Shown piece by piece: positions 45,323-59,300 of a DNA stretch of 64,000 nt. Location of the stretch: the NCBI GenBank assembly GCA_021613535.1, contig CP075497.1, positions 9,486,001-9,550,000 on the forward strand, given 5' to 3'. Each line of letters begins with the position of its first letter. Position 1 is the first letter of the stretch. The position numbers and the translations under genes are program-made. This DNA comes from Adineta vaga. Taxonomy: Eukaryota; Animalia; Rotifera. The notes beneath the pieces were generated by a model. That model had not been told where the DNA came from and searched no databases. It saw nothing but the letters and a program-made list of their open reading frames with translations.

Positions 45323-46160
45323 CTAATATTTATGCTCAGACCAACGATTGGATGTACGTGCTTTGAAACCACGATCGACATAATCAGTTGAATCAAGTGA
45401 TTTCCATGGGCCTACAGCCTATTAAAAATAACACGAATGATTAAGAGAGAAAACGTGAAAGAAATGATACTTACAGCAGCATTAGCGCCTTTATAACCAT
45501 ATACTTGAATTCCACCCCATTTTTCCCAATCCTAGAAAAACAAAATGTTAATAACATTCAGATTGAAATGAAATGAACATAACATACTTGTTTATGATAA
45601 AGCACCATGTATAACAAACTGCAAACACCCAAATGAATCACGAGTAGTTTAGGAACTGTTTGACGAAGCATCGATGCAGCAGTATTACCCTAAATAAATA
45701 AAAAGTTAACTTTCAATTCATCAGTAATTATACACAATATCAGGCAAGATCAGCAACTAACATTTAAAAGATTTTACTTAAACTTTCAATTGCTAGTCAA
45801 GGTTATTTGTTGTTAACTACAATTATTATTTAGGAATTCTTTTCTTAAAGGAATACGTACAACAACCGGACGTAATCGATTGAAAACACTATCCCAAAAC
45901 ACCATCCATCTATAGCGAACAGGGTTTTTATGAAGTTTATTCAAGTTTGGAACATTTTTCGGTTCATCCGTTGCCAACACTTGATCTTGAAGCCATTGTT
46001 TTCGCCATAAACGTTCTTCATTTGTCATACGAAATGGTAAACGTGAACGTTCATATTTAAATGGTTGAAGACTAAATTCACGTTCCCATATTGGAAATTT
46101 ATCTCGAATATCATGAGGATATAAATAACGTTGTTCTTCCCATGAAGAGTGACCCGTCAT
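45323..46160 (-). CDS. NDUFB6: NADH dehydrogenase 1 beta subcomplex subunit 6; 4 exons
   Basis: MTNEERLWRKQWLQDQVLATDEP..NP, a single TM segment, WENWGGIQV, DYVDRGFK. Confidence 0.85.
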
Positions 46161-46973
46161 AATGAAATTATCGACCGGACACTTTCAAAAAAGAAAAATA
46201 GTAATAGAAAATCTACAATATTAAATGGAAAGAACAATATATATATTATCGAATTGTAGTTCGTTAAATGATTGATGAATAACATCTCTAAATAAAACCA
46301 AAACAAGAAGGAAGATTGTTTATTTGTTAGAAAATTTCAAGCGCCACAATCACTGTCAATGTTTCATCGATAGAAGCAGAGAAAAATTTAATTAGAATGA
46401 AAATACCATGCTTAAATTAGATTGATTTTCATTTGTCTGTTGAAATATCTCAATTCGAACGAAACGAATTTGTTAATCAGACGTCTTTTTCGTGGACATC
46501 AACTTTCATTCGATTGGGTAATCTGTTATTTCTCTTCTGCTTCTTTACTACCCGTTAGTTTTACCATACCATGTGTTGAGGGTATGTGTTGTATGCTCAC
46601 ATCATTATTGGCGTCATCACAAAAACATACGAAACGGACGGACGGGAGAGTACAAAAATTAACTCGTCCGGTCGTCCTCATTCCAATATACGAGAGGGGA
46701 ACGACGAGAATATATATATATATTCTCTGTTGTTCGAGTAGGCGTCTTTAGTTATAGACATATCGGTATAAAAAGCTTTTGGACAGACACCTTATTAAAT
46801 TCATTTGATTATGTATAGATATATCTGTCTGTTGATTTTGATCAAAAGAGTTCTTTGTCTTTCTATTTCATTTAGATCATTGTATTAACATATAGATATC
46901 TTTTTGGTAAAAAACATATATATATATATATTCACATCCTTTGATAAAGTCTCATGTTGATCATCATTTGCTG

Positions 46974-49900
46974 ATGTCTACCACGCCACAAGGCTCTACA
47001 TTAAATCAAAACGAAACACCTTTAACTACAACAACGAATACAGTAACTGAACAAGACTACCTTATTACTGACGACAATACTGATTGTCGACGTAACGAGG
47101 CATTTGATTTGCCGAAAACGAAGAAGTTTAGACCATCAACAACGTTAATTAGTAACGGTAGTGAACCGATAATCATGTCAGCAAATGGTAATGGTACAAA
47201 TCCCGTTGAAAATATGGAACATACGAATGGAGGCATGAATTACAATGGGGTATGTTTTTCTCTCGATTGATTCATTTCATAGGGAAAAAAGTGATATGAA
47301 TCATATTCTATTACTAGAAAATTCTTGTATTTTGCGCTAAAAATAACTATTTGTCATAAAATATGGTTTATTTCCGAACAAATTTTTGTTTTAAATCTAC
47401 AACTCATGCTAGAAATTTACTTCTTCGTGTAAGTGTAGTATATTTTGCTTGTGAAGACTGATTTCACTCACATTGACTGACATCTGTTTTTGAGAAAAAA
47501 GAGAATGCTTTACTGTGTTGTTGTTATTATTGTTTTTTCTCTCCCCCCCTCCATTCTTCATCTTTCCATTCTTTACATAGCTTAGTATTAACAGGTGATA
47601 GAAAGAAAAAGAGAAAAGAGAACGACGAAAAAAAAAACCCGACAACGTCACTTCGCTTTTTTTTCTTCCTCGAACCACAAATACTGCCCTCTCTACTATA
47701 GTAAAGGAAAAAAGAAAATGTATATGTAAAGCTTTCATTTCACGGTCTTTCTTTCTTTCTTTATCTGACTCACTCGCAACATGCAAAGAATATTTGCCTA
47801 CATGTCCTCAGTTTTTTATTCCAACTTCATTTTCTACTTCTTTTTTTTTTTAAATAAAGGAGACGGAGTAGTTGATTGTGGTTGTAGCCGATAAAGATAA
47901 ATATTCATTTTTTTTTCATCCGTCTGGTGCAATGAAGAACTTATATATACATAAAATTGAAGAAAGAAAACTAGTTTTACTTCTAATATTTTATTTTTAC
48001 ATCGTTGAAGTTACATAAGATGAAAGAATATCTAGGTCATTATGTTCTTATTCGTTTAGAACAGTGAAAATACAAATTCACGATCAACCCAACAAACAAC
48101 AACCGCATCTAATCAAATGACGGACGGTTTACGACATCAAACGTCGACAACATCGTCGAAAACTCCTGAAATCGATGAAGGTCTTTATTCTAGACAATTG
48201 TATGTGATGGGCAAAGAAGCCATGCATCAATTGGCCAATGCTCATGTTCTTATATCAGGCATGCGTGGTCTTGGTGTTGAAATAGCTAAAAATATTATTC
48301 TTGGCGGTGCTAAAGCGGTCATCGTTCATGATTGTGATAAAGTTGATTACGCTGATCTTTCATCACAAGTAAAATAAATTTATACATGAAAATTTAGTCA
48401 TAAATTATTGATTTTTTTAGTATTATTTTTCCGAAGCCGATATTGGTCAAAATCGTGCTGATGTTGCAAATAAAAGCTTATCGGAATTGAATAGTTATGT
48501 TAATGTAACATGTTCATCTGCACCACTTGATGGATCTTTTCTCAACGAAAACAAAATCAATGTAAAAAAAAGCACAAACGACATTTCTATAATATACATC
48601 TTTTCATCTTAGGTTTTTGTTCTTACTGATGCTGATTTCTCGGAACAATTGAAAATGGGTGATTTCTGTCATAGTAATGGAATCAAATTCATCATTGCTA
48701 ATACAAAAGGTTTATTCGGGTAAGATTGAAATGAAAATTAATTTGAATCTTATTTTATTTATTAATAGACAAATTTTCTGTGATTTCGGTAAAAACTTTG
48801 AAGTTCTTGATACAAATGGTGAAAATCCTATAACACAAATCGTTACTGAAATAAGTCATGTATGTATAATTTAAACAAATATCTCAAAAAACGAATTTAT
48901 TTTCGCTATAGATAGAGATTCATACTGATAGGCTTGAGTATAAGATATCAATATCAAAACTAATTTTGAGTTTCTTTTTATCCTGTGTTCTGATGCATGA
49001 TGAAACTGATCATTCTTTTTCTGTTCGTCGGAAACAGACCATTATTTATGTTTATTGCCTGTAAAATTCGTTGCATAGCTATTTATGCATACAAGATGAA
49101 ATTTAAAAAATCTGTCTCATACTAGAGTAGACCAGATGTATATTCTATTAGTAATAGTCATACATCTTCATCTTCTCTATTGTGAAATACAATTATATTC
49201 TAAATATATTGTCGGTTCAGTTAGTTGTTTGTCACTTATTTTGCTAATGATATCATGTCACATTCTGTTTTGTTTGATTATTTAGGATGAATCAGGTGCT
49301 GTTTTCATGTCAACAGATACCCGACATGGGTTTGAAGATGGCTCATATGTTATGTTTCATGGTGTTAAAGGAATGACTGAAGTCAATGATCGAGAATTTA
49401 AAATCGCTGTACCAAGTGAGTCGTTTGAAAATGATTGATTTTAAAATAAAACGAAAATTGTTTTCTAGGTCCATTTACATTTACCATTGGCGATACAAGA
49501 AATTTTGGTGTTTATGAAAGTGGCGGAACAGTAACTGAAGTGAAAAAACCAGAAACTGTGAATTTTGTAAGAAACGCTTCTTGATTATTTTTTTATTGAT
49601 TAATTATTGTGTTTATTTTTGGTCTCCTCTAGAGATCATTTTCGGAATCTTTACAAGAGCCTGAAATGTTAATTTGTGATTTTTCCAAAATGTCAATGCC
49701 CGTTAATCTTCATTTAGCATTTCAAGTGTTATCTCGTTATCAAAAACAATACAAATCCTCACCAAAACCATGGGATAATGTATGTCGAATGATATAAAAT
49801 CTTCAATTTTTCTCAGAATTTTATCTTTCAATTTTATTTAGGCTGATTCCGATAAATTCTATGAATTAGTTGAACAATTAAATAAAGAGAATCGAGAACA

Positions 49901-52638
49901 ACCATTAACCGATGAATTGAACAAACATTGGATTAAATTATTTGCCCAAACATGTACTGGTGATTTATGTCCAATGCAAGCTGTCATTGGTGGAATTGCT
50001 GCTCAAGAAGCTATGAAAGTAAGAGCTATTTCTATTCCTTGATTTCTCTGTTCAATAATCATGTTTTTTTTCGTTATCAGGCAGTGACAGGAAAATTTAT
50101 GCCAATTCGTCAATTCTTCTATTTTGATGCTATTGAATGTTTACCAGAAAATATCTTTCAACCACCAACAGAAGCAGCAACAACAACTGAACCGGTACAA
50201 ATGCCAAAAGTACCAACAAAGAAATCACGATACTATTCACAAGAAGTTGTCTTTGGTGAAGATTTTCAAGATAAATTAGGCAAATCGAAATATTTCGTGG
50301 TAAGAAAAGCGATGAACTTTTCTTTCACTCATCGAAACAAAAATATGTTTAATAAAAGGTTGGTTCGGGTGCCATCGGTTGTGAAATGTTAAAAAATTTT
50401 GCTATGATGGGTCTTGGATGTCGAGAAGGTGGTCATATTTATGTGACAGATATGGATTCTATTGAAAAATCGAATTTAAATCGACAATTTCTCTTTCGAT
50501 CATGGGATATTGGAGTATGTATCTACGAAAAGAAGTTTAATATAAATCATTATTGATTTTGTTTTCATAGAAAATGAAATCGAAAGTTGCAAGTGACGCA
50601 GTAAAAGTAATGAATCCAGCTATGAATATTCTTGCATATGCTGATGGTGTTTTACCTGAAACAGAAAATGTTTATGATGATAATTTCTTCGAACGATTAG
50701 ATGGTGTTGTTAATGCACTTGACAATATCAAAGCTCGTAAGTATTATTTGACATATGAATAGAAATTAAACGTATGTAGATTCAATTCAATACGATGAAA
50801 AAAACCTTTTTTTTTATGTGGTTAATAGGAGATGTTTAGATTCGAACTTATCTGAAAAATGAGTCTTGTTGAATATTTAATCGTTAGAGATCTTCGACAG
50901 ATTCATTTTTATTCATTCTATTTTTATATTCAAGGGCAATATGTTGATCGTCGTTGTGTTTATTATCAAAAACCATTGGTTGATAGTGGAACGTTAGGTA
51001 CAAAAGCAAGTGTTCAAGTTGTTGTTCCATTTCTTACGGAATCTTATTCATCAACTAATGATCCACCTGATCCGTCAGTACCTATGTGTACATTACGTAA
51101 TTTTCCCAATTTAATTGAACATACAATTGAATGGGCGCGTGATAATTTTGCTGGTCTTTTCACCATTCCTGCTCAACAAGCCGAAGAATTTAGTCGTGCA
51201 CCAAAAGAATTCGCCGAACGAACATCAAAAAATCATTCAGAATATGATAAAAATGAAACCATTGACAACGTGAAACGTATTCTTGGTTCTGAACGTCCAA
51301 AAACATTTTCTGATTGTATCAAATGGGTAAGTTTATCATTTTCTTTTACATCGCACACAAATAATTTCATGAAATCTATTTCGTCTAGTCACGAAATCTC
51401 TTCGAACATCAATTTTATAATACCATTGCCCAATTACTTTATAATTTTCCACGTGAACATGTAACTACTAAAGGTGAACGCTTCTGGAGTGGAAATAAAC
51501 GTTGTCCACATGTATTGAAATTCGATGTTAATAATAAAATTCATTTGGATTTTATTATTGCTGCATCAAATTTATTAGCACATATGTATCACATCACTGG
51601 AACAGTTGATCGTCAAGCTATTGCACAAGAAGTTGCTAAAATTCATATTCCTGAATTTCAACCCAAAGCTGGTGTAACAATCCATGAAAATGATGATCAA
51701 TTAAGAGCTGAAAATGAACGACAAAAAAATTTGAATGCCATGCGTAAAGGAGGTCAAGATGCCGCTGAATCGGAGGCAGATCAAATTCTTAGACGATTAC
51801 CTCAACATAGTGAAGTTCGTGATATTAAAATTCGACCACATGAATTTGAAAAAGATGATGATACTAATTTTCATATGGATTATATTGCTGCAACAGCTAA
51901 TTTACGTGCTGAAAATTATGAAATTCAAACAGCTGAACGTAGTAAAATAAAACGAATTGCTGGAAATATTATTCCGGCTATTGCAACAACAACAGCTATG
52001 GTTACCGGATTGGTTTGTCTTGAAGTTTACAAATTTATTCAAAAGCATCAGAAAATCGAATCATATCGTAATGCTTTTGTTAATTTGGCATTACCATTCT
52101 TTGGCTTTTCTGAACCCGTTCCACCTAAACGTCAAAAAGTAACGATAATTTTGTTTAAGAAAAGATTCGTTTTTTTATGATTTTTCTTTGAATTATAGTA
52201 TCTTGATAAAGATTTTACTCTATGGGATCGATTTGATGTGAAAGGTGATATGACATTGGAAGAACTTATTGAATATTTTAAAGTAAAAATAATTGATGAA
52301 AAATAATCTATTTTAATATTTCTTTTTTTTATAGCGTGAACATAAATTGGCACCAAACATGATTTCAGCAGGAATGTCCGTTATTTATAGTCCACATTTT
52401 ATGCGTCAAACGAGCAAGGCACAAGATATGAAACGAAAGTATGTTGTTTTGTTTACTCTGATTATTTTCATAAAATATTGAAAATTTTTCTATTTCTAGA
52501 ATTTCTGAGTTATTCGAAACGGTGACTAAACGCAAGATTCCTAATCATGTTCGTTCACTTACATTAGATATGTTATGTGATGATCTCGAAGGAAAAGATG
52601 TGGAAGATGTTCCTTATATCAAGTATACATTTAGATGA
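46974..52638 (+). CDS. UBA1: Ubiquitin-activating enzyme E1; multi-exon
   Basis: [47 protein letters not shown], catalytic [36 protein letters not shown]-terminal DVPYIKY. Confidence 0.97.
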
Positions 52639-53557
52639 ACACATTTTAACACTTTACAGCAATAAGGACATTTATAGATAACCTATTATTCTTGATTAGT
52701 CCTTTCTTTTTTTCAACTATGTGTCATTCTTTCTCTCTTATTCGTCTATTGTAACTCTGTGTGTGCGTTCATCTTTTTCCTTTCCTTGTTCAGTTTTATT
52801 ATTATTCCAGAGTGCTCAAACGTGAAGAATAAAGAGAAACAAAACTATCTCTTCAAACAATTATTCTACAGAAAATCAATTTATTGAGAATATTCTTTAT
52901 AGAATAATTTCATTGAACACAATATATATATTGAAAGAGATGTAGCTTGGAGTCAGTTACATAAATTAATGTGAAGTTTTATAATAGAATTATATTTTCT
53001 TTGAAAGTCATCTGTTAAATTGAAATATAATATCTTCGAATTTTTATAAAACTGTATCGGTAATTTTGGCCAAACGCAACAAAAAATAATCCAATCATAT
53101 GCTGACACATATATGAATCGTTTTCACAATAATTTTAAATTTTTTCAAACAACTGATATCTAAACTAGCAAAACAGCAATGGAATATCAAAGAAAGTAGT
53201 TCGAATCATAAATTCATAGAAGATGTTCAAACTCTATGTTCTAGAATCGCCAGTTAGTTATTTCATAGTATTACTGTGAATAGTGAGTGTTTCCATCTTT
53301 ATCTCTACCGTCTAAGTAAGACATCTTTCGACATTGAATATTATTCTCATTTTTATTGCACCATTACACTCTATCGATGTAGACGATAGCTATTATTATA
53401 TTATATATGTACTATTATAGTATTTTATGTACCGTACTTTAGATACGTCATTTTTTCTTCTTTTTTTTCCAAATCGTGACTAATATTCTTCGTAAGTTAT
53501 TTCAAATGGCGTCTACATTAATGTTATTATCATAGACCAGCTCTTTTTTATTCAATT

Positions 53558-55890
53558 ATGTCTTTAAATCTTCGACATTTACTTTATCAGATTCCATTAC
53601 CATCACTTCGATATTATACATTACTTAGTAGTTCATTACTAATTGCACATACTTTCTATTTTCATCATTCAATTCTATCAACTGTGAATAAACAATCGAC
53701 TGATAATAATTTAACAAATATAAGCGAAGTGAATACGAATCAAACGCAATTCTATTTGAAAGCAAAACCACTTTCGTTCGACTATATTCAAACAATATTG
53801 ACAACTATTTTCTCTCAATCACTTTCACTTGTGGTAAAAATAAACGATTCTTTTTTATTAATTTTTGAATGCTAATTTGAATTCTTTAGATATTTGTGAA
53901 TACGGTGTTTTGTTTAATAGCATTATCAGCAAGAAAATTACAAGAATTTGTTTTTGGTGATTTACGTTCTGTTGAATTACAGCGAATAAAAGATAAATTT
54001 TGGAATTATACATTTTATAAGTTTTGTTTTCTTTTTGGTGTTCTTGGTCTCGAAAATTTACATGAACTGATACATTGGATAACATGGTTTTATATATTAG
54101 CTGTAGCGTTACTTTTTTGTCAATTAATCAAAGATCGTTTCGAATTGGTAAGTTCATAGTTTCGAATGCTCTAATATCAGAATGACCTTTCGATACTATG
54201 TGATCATGACACAGCTGACTATGTTTCTTGTACTAGGAAACCTATATTCAAGCTAAGTCTGTAGAATAAGATATATCTGTTGAATACTTTCGATCTGTGA
54301 ACACTATACAGATTGTCAATCGACGAGAATATGAGAATTCAAAATTCCATATATTTCATAATGTCATCTTTTGTTAGAATTTCACTTAATATTTAAATGA
54401 TCTTCAAGTGTAAATCTCTTTATATTTATTTTCTAGTTATCAACTTCGATTGCAATTCCTCAACGATCATTCAATAAGATCCTTTGTTTACTTGTCTTTT
54501 TACTATGTTTATGTTTTGTTTTATTGACAATTTGTTTTTCTATTGGTTTGAAATATGGTGGAATATCCATCTTCTTTTTCATGTTGGCAGAAACCATCTT
54601 ATTAACACTTGATACAAGTTATCTTTTCGTTAAATATATATTTTTTCAACAACAACAACAACAACAACGATCAAATGAATATCGTTCACATCTTTTCTAT
54701 TATTTTGAATTTCTTTTTGATACATTAGCACTGACAATTGATATTTGTTATCATTTACAAATGTTATGTTATCATCAGACATTTATGTCGATGTCATCAT
54801 TGATATTTTTTATGCAATTAAAACCATTATTTAATGAATTAACACAACGATTGAAACGGCATAAAGCTTATCGATTAGCAATGACACGAATGGAGAAAAA
54901 ATATCCATTAGTAACCAAACATGATATAGAAGAAAAAGCTCGAAGACAAAATCATGTGTCAAGTTCCGAAGAAATCTGTGCGATTTGTTGGGAGAATTTT
55001 GAAAAAGCTCGTTGTTTACCATGTAAGCTAATTTCAATTCAATTCATCTCATAAATTGGTTTTCGTTTGCTTTTTTTAGGTGGACATTTATTTCATCAAA
55101 ATTGTTTACGAAGTTGGCTTGAACAAGATACATCATGTCCAATTTGTCGTTTATCTTTACAAGAAGATACACCTCAACCAACAAATACAAATACTCCACG
55201 ATTGGGAGCAACGAATCATGATTTACCGATTAATAATGATCAACGTCGAGGACGTAATCATTTATTTCGTTTTGATGGCCATCGTTATTCATCATGGCTG
55301 CCAAGTTTTTCTATTGTTATTAATCATAATTTTCCATTTCGATTTGGTCGTGCACGTTTGACGGGTGTTCAATTAACAAGCATGGCACAAAGTATTCAAC
55401 AAATCTTTCCACAAATTCCATTTGAAGTGATTCTTGCAAATCTACAACAAACACAATCAATGGATGGAACTATTGAGAATATTGTCGAACGACGTATTCA
55501 ATTTGAACCACAACAAGAAGAAGAAGACGACGACGAAGAAGAAGAAGAAGAGGAAACAACGGAATTAGAAGATATATCTGATGTATCTGTTGATGTCAAT
55601 GATTCCAATGATCGAGATTTATTGTAAATTTTCTTTGAGTTGTCATTTCGATGTATTCATCTAAATATTTTTAGATCATCTTCATTACAAACAACGGATG
55701 ATAATACGGAAAATTTCACATGGCCATTAGATAGTAATCTATCATTTGATCATCGAAAACAATTGTTGATTTCATATATGCGACGGTAAGAGATGATTTT
55801 TCTTTTCAAGTTTGCAATCTCTTTTTTTTTAGACAATATCTTGAACGTGAACGTCGTCTTCAATTGTCATTACATAAGTTCGATCACTAA
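53558..55890 (+). CDS. AMFR: ERAD E3 ligase AMFR/gp78 (TM domain, RING-H2, CUE, G2BR)
   Basis: PLPSLRYY N-terminus, [80 protein letters not shown], G2BR-like RKQLLISYMRRQYL. Confidence 0.93.
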
Positions 55891-56327
55891 TATCAACATA
55901 TTATATTGTTTATTCATGTATATGTATTTGAAAAGTATCAATTACGCTTATTTGTAATAAAATTAATAACAATTTTCTAATTACATAATTTTCATTTAAG
56001 TTCTATATTATCAAAGAAAGAAAGTTTTAAAGTCGTAAATGTCTATCATACATATGTGAATCTATGTATTTTATTCTGATAATAAAACAAATGAATTACT
56101 ATCTGATGTTTATTTATTTTGGTTGGAGACTAAAAAACAAACAAACTAATTTGAATAATTACTGAATTCTTTTTCTGTCTAGTCTTGTAAATAATAAAAT
56201 GTCTAAGTGTGTCTATGTTTGTTTGTGTATAAAAATTCAAATGGACGAAAAAAAAAAGAAAAGAATCACCGGAGATTGAAACAAAAAAGAAACGCCATTA
56301 GAAGATCTTTATCAGTTTGATTAAGAA

Positions 56328-59300
56328 TTATGAATAATAAGTAAGAACATTCTTTTGATTACCACGTAAAAATAGAACAGGTGGTAAATTATAACTAATC
56401 GCATCTAGGTAAGCAAGATAAAGTGCAGCAGATATCGATTGTTTACGTGGAATAGGTAATGTACTGAAAAAGAAAAAGAAAAAGAATAAAAACCAAACTT
56501 TTTCGAAAGAAATTTTAAAATCACTTACACAACAATGAGAGTTGATTTCGAACTGTATTCTAATAGATATTCATGTAATTTTAAACCACGCTTTATTTTA
56601 TCTTTATTTGCTTCATATTCTCTATCAGTTATAAGAAAATTATCATTATTTTGATTCCAAGTTTGTAAAATTTGTTGAAATTTTTCCGATTCATTTTCAT
56701 TCGGCGGTTTATTTAAACCATGAAGAACATGTAAATCAGAATAATTTATTCGAAATTTAGCTAACAATGATGCCATAGATAGATGTTGTCTTTCAGCTTC
56801 AGCTTTTTCACCTGAAATACATGAAAAGATGCGAAATCGACAGTTACGCCACCGTTTTCGTCTTCGTAATAGATAAGGTAATAATAATGTTAAGCCACCA
56901 TCATCAAATAGCCACCAAACATCAATAATTGCTGATGATGAATGTTTTGAATGAAATACATTCATCGTTACTAGAGCACCTTTATTTAATATTGTATTTT
57001 TTAACATTAACACATCTGTTTTACGTGGTGTTGTTGATCTTGTACCACTTCGTAATGGACTTGATGATATAAATTCTTCCTTTTTTTCTTCATCATCACT
57101 ATCATCATTATCATCATCATCTTGATCTTCTGGTAAATCTATGAGAAAATAGATAAAAGATGAGTCGTGTGTGAGAAATATTTACCGGGCCCAAAAAAAT
57201 CACTAAAATCAAGTCCACTTTGAAGACGTAGTATACCAATACCATATTTAAGATCTAATGCATCATGAATGATATTGAAATAATCAATCGTTGCTTCAGG
57301 TTTTGTTAACCAATCATTTTTAAAACCAAGAAAAACGACATTAGGACGCATTTTACCTACGCCTACACACTAGATGAAGAGGAGAGAAAAAAAACAAATG
57401 AAAGAATTAATTATTAGAAATGCTAATATTAACATTAAAAATCTTTAGGGAATTTTTGATCTCGAAAATGAAATATTTTTAGTCCCTTGAGAAGTAGAGA
57501 TTTCACCGAACAAATGTTGAAATCTATTTTAGTGATGTTACATTCTAGGTAATCATTGACAATACAACGTTTTATACACTCGACAAAAGTCTCATCTATA
57601 TCTACTTTGTTTCAATGAAAAATAAAGGCAACGAAGAGTTTTGACATAGGTACAAGCATGATAGCTGAGATGTGTGCGAGGATATACACGGACTTTCGGT
57701 GTAACTGATCGTAAGAAAGTGATAGCACGACACAATATAGATGATAGTGATCAATCAACGGTTGAAATTGGTGTTTAAATTATTGAAATGTCGAAAGAAA
57801 CAAGCTTCAATGTATACAATGAAATTCAAACAGTGATCGTACGTTAGATAGATAATGTTGTTCATTTGATATTTCAAAAAGTGCAAGATATAGTCACGTA
57901 GTTTCTGCCAAAACGCGAGTTCAATTGTTAGCGTATATCTGTTAAAGACAATAAAATTCAGCATAAACAACTCAAATAGTTGTTTGAACAAATATGAATA
58001 ACTTCAATCCGCAATTCTTTTAAATTTTCATTGATGATACTCAGAACTCATGTTTTATTCAAAGTTAAATATGAAGAGTAGATGTTACGAATGAAAACTT
58101 GAATAAATCTGACATACTTGTAATAATGCTATTGTTCCTTGTCGAACAGTAGGTGCAACAATTGGCTGGTAAAAAGCTTTTGAATTTCGTTTTCGTAACC
58201 AAGCTTCACCATGTTCTCTTTGATCATTTAATTTAATATTTATCGATGGATCATTCTAAACATTCATATATACGATAGAATCCAATTGAAAAGATTTCTT
58301 CTTACTAGTACGACATTTCCACAAATCATTAAACTATGGCCATGAGTAACCGATGAACCTAGATCAACTAATGCTGGTCGACAGATAGGATTTCCAGTTA
58401 AAACTAACATTTGTGGTCGAAAATTTTTCACATGTTCTTGTACACTTCCTAATTTCAATGTTGCATCCAATGCTCGACGATAGGTATGTGCTTGTCCAGA
58501 AGAACCCCAATTAATTTCTAATGAAAAAGAAAGATCTTTCATCAAGTCATTTGAAATCAAAATAAAACTCTTCTTCACCTGGTTTCGTTGTTCGAACAAA
58601 TAGAAATATACCGGCACTGATCACTAATGTTATTAAAGCTGCCCACCTGAATGAAACAAAAATATGAATATTTTGTTTGTTTGTTTTTTTTAATTTATAT
58701 TATCTTACCAATTAATAATAAACATTACTCCAACACATAATAATGCACCAGTTAATGCTAACCATTTGTTATAATATCGAAAAGCTGGTCTCCAACCACT
58801 CGCTCTTGCTAACGATGCATCAAAACATGAATAATTTACAAGTGCATATGTCATAAGAAAGAAATTTGAAATAATCGGTGCGATAACATTCAATTTACCT
58901 TAAAAAATTAGAATGAAGTTTTTCAAAAGAAAAATCTTTCTTTGAATATTCGTTTTTTACCGATAGCAGTAAATGAAGTAGCAATGAAATATGTTAGAAA
59001 ATAAGCCCGATGTGGTTCATCAGATTTCCTATTACCAACAGCAAAATATTTCAACCAGGGAAATATCATGTCACGACAAACAGCTTGAAATACCTTTGGT
59101 GCGCCGACAAGACTAGCTGAAAACCAGAAATATCTCCTTTATGATTTTTCTAAAACAAAATATGTTATTAAATTTACCTAAGGCACTGGACAACGTAGCA
59201 GCAAAGATTCCAGCTAAGACACAAAAAAGTAAATTATCATAATCAAATTCATTCATTTCAACTCACCGATAATAATTGGACCATATGCTGATATCATTCT

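Noticed and set aside
50825-50855. tRNA B-box-like GTTCGAATC on the minus strand of a UBA1 intron
   Set aside because: The T-stem does not pair, and no A box or cloverleaf can be built.
46974-55890. E1 (UBA1) next to E3 (AMFR) as a functional ubiquitin cluster or operon
   Set aside because: The gap is about 920 nt, with its own AATAAA and room for a promoter; adjacency alone is not evidence.
57370-58097. Large SLC12 intron with a 78-aa ORF, possible transposon
   Set aside because: No terminal inverted repeats, target-site duplication or transposase motifs could be identified by eye.
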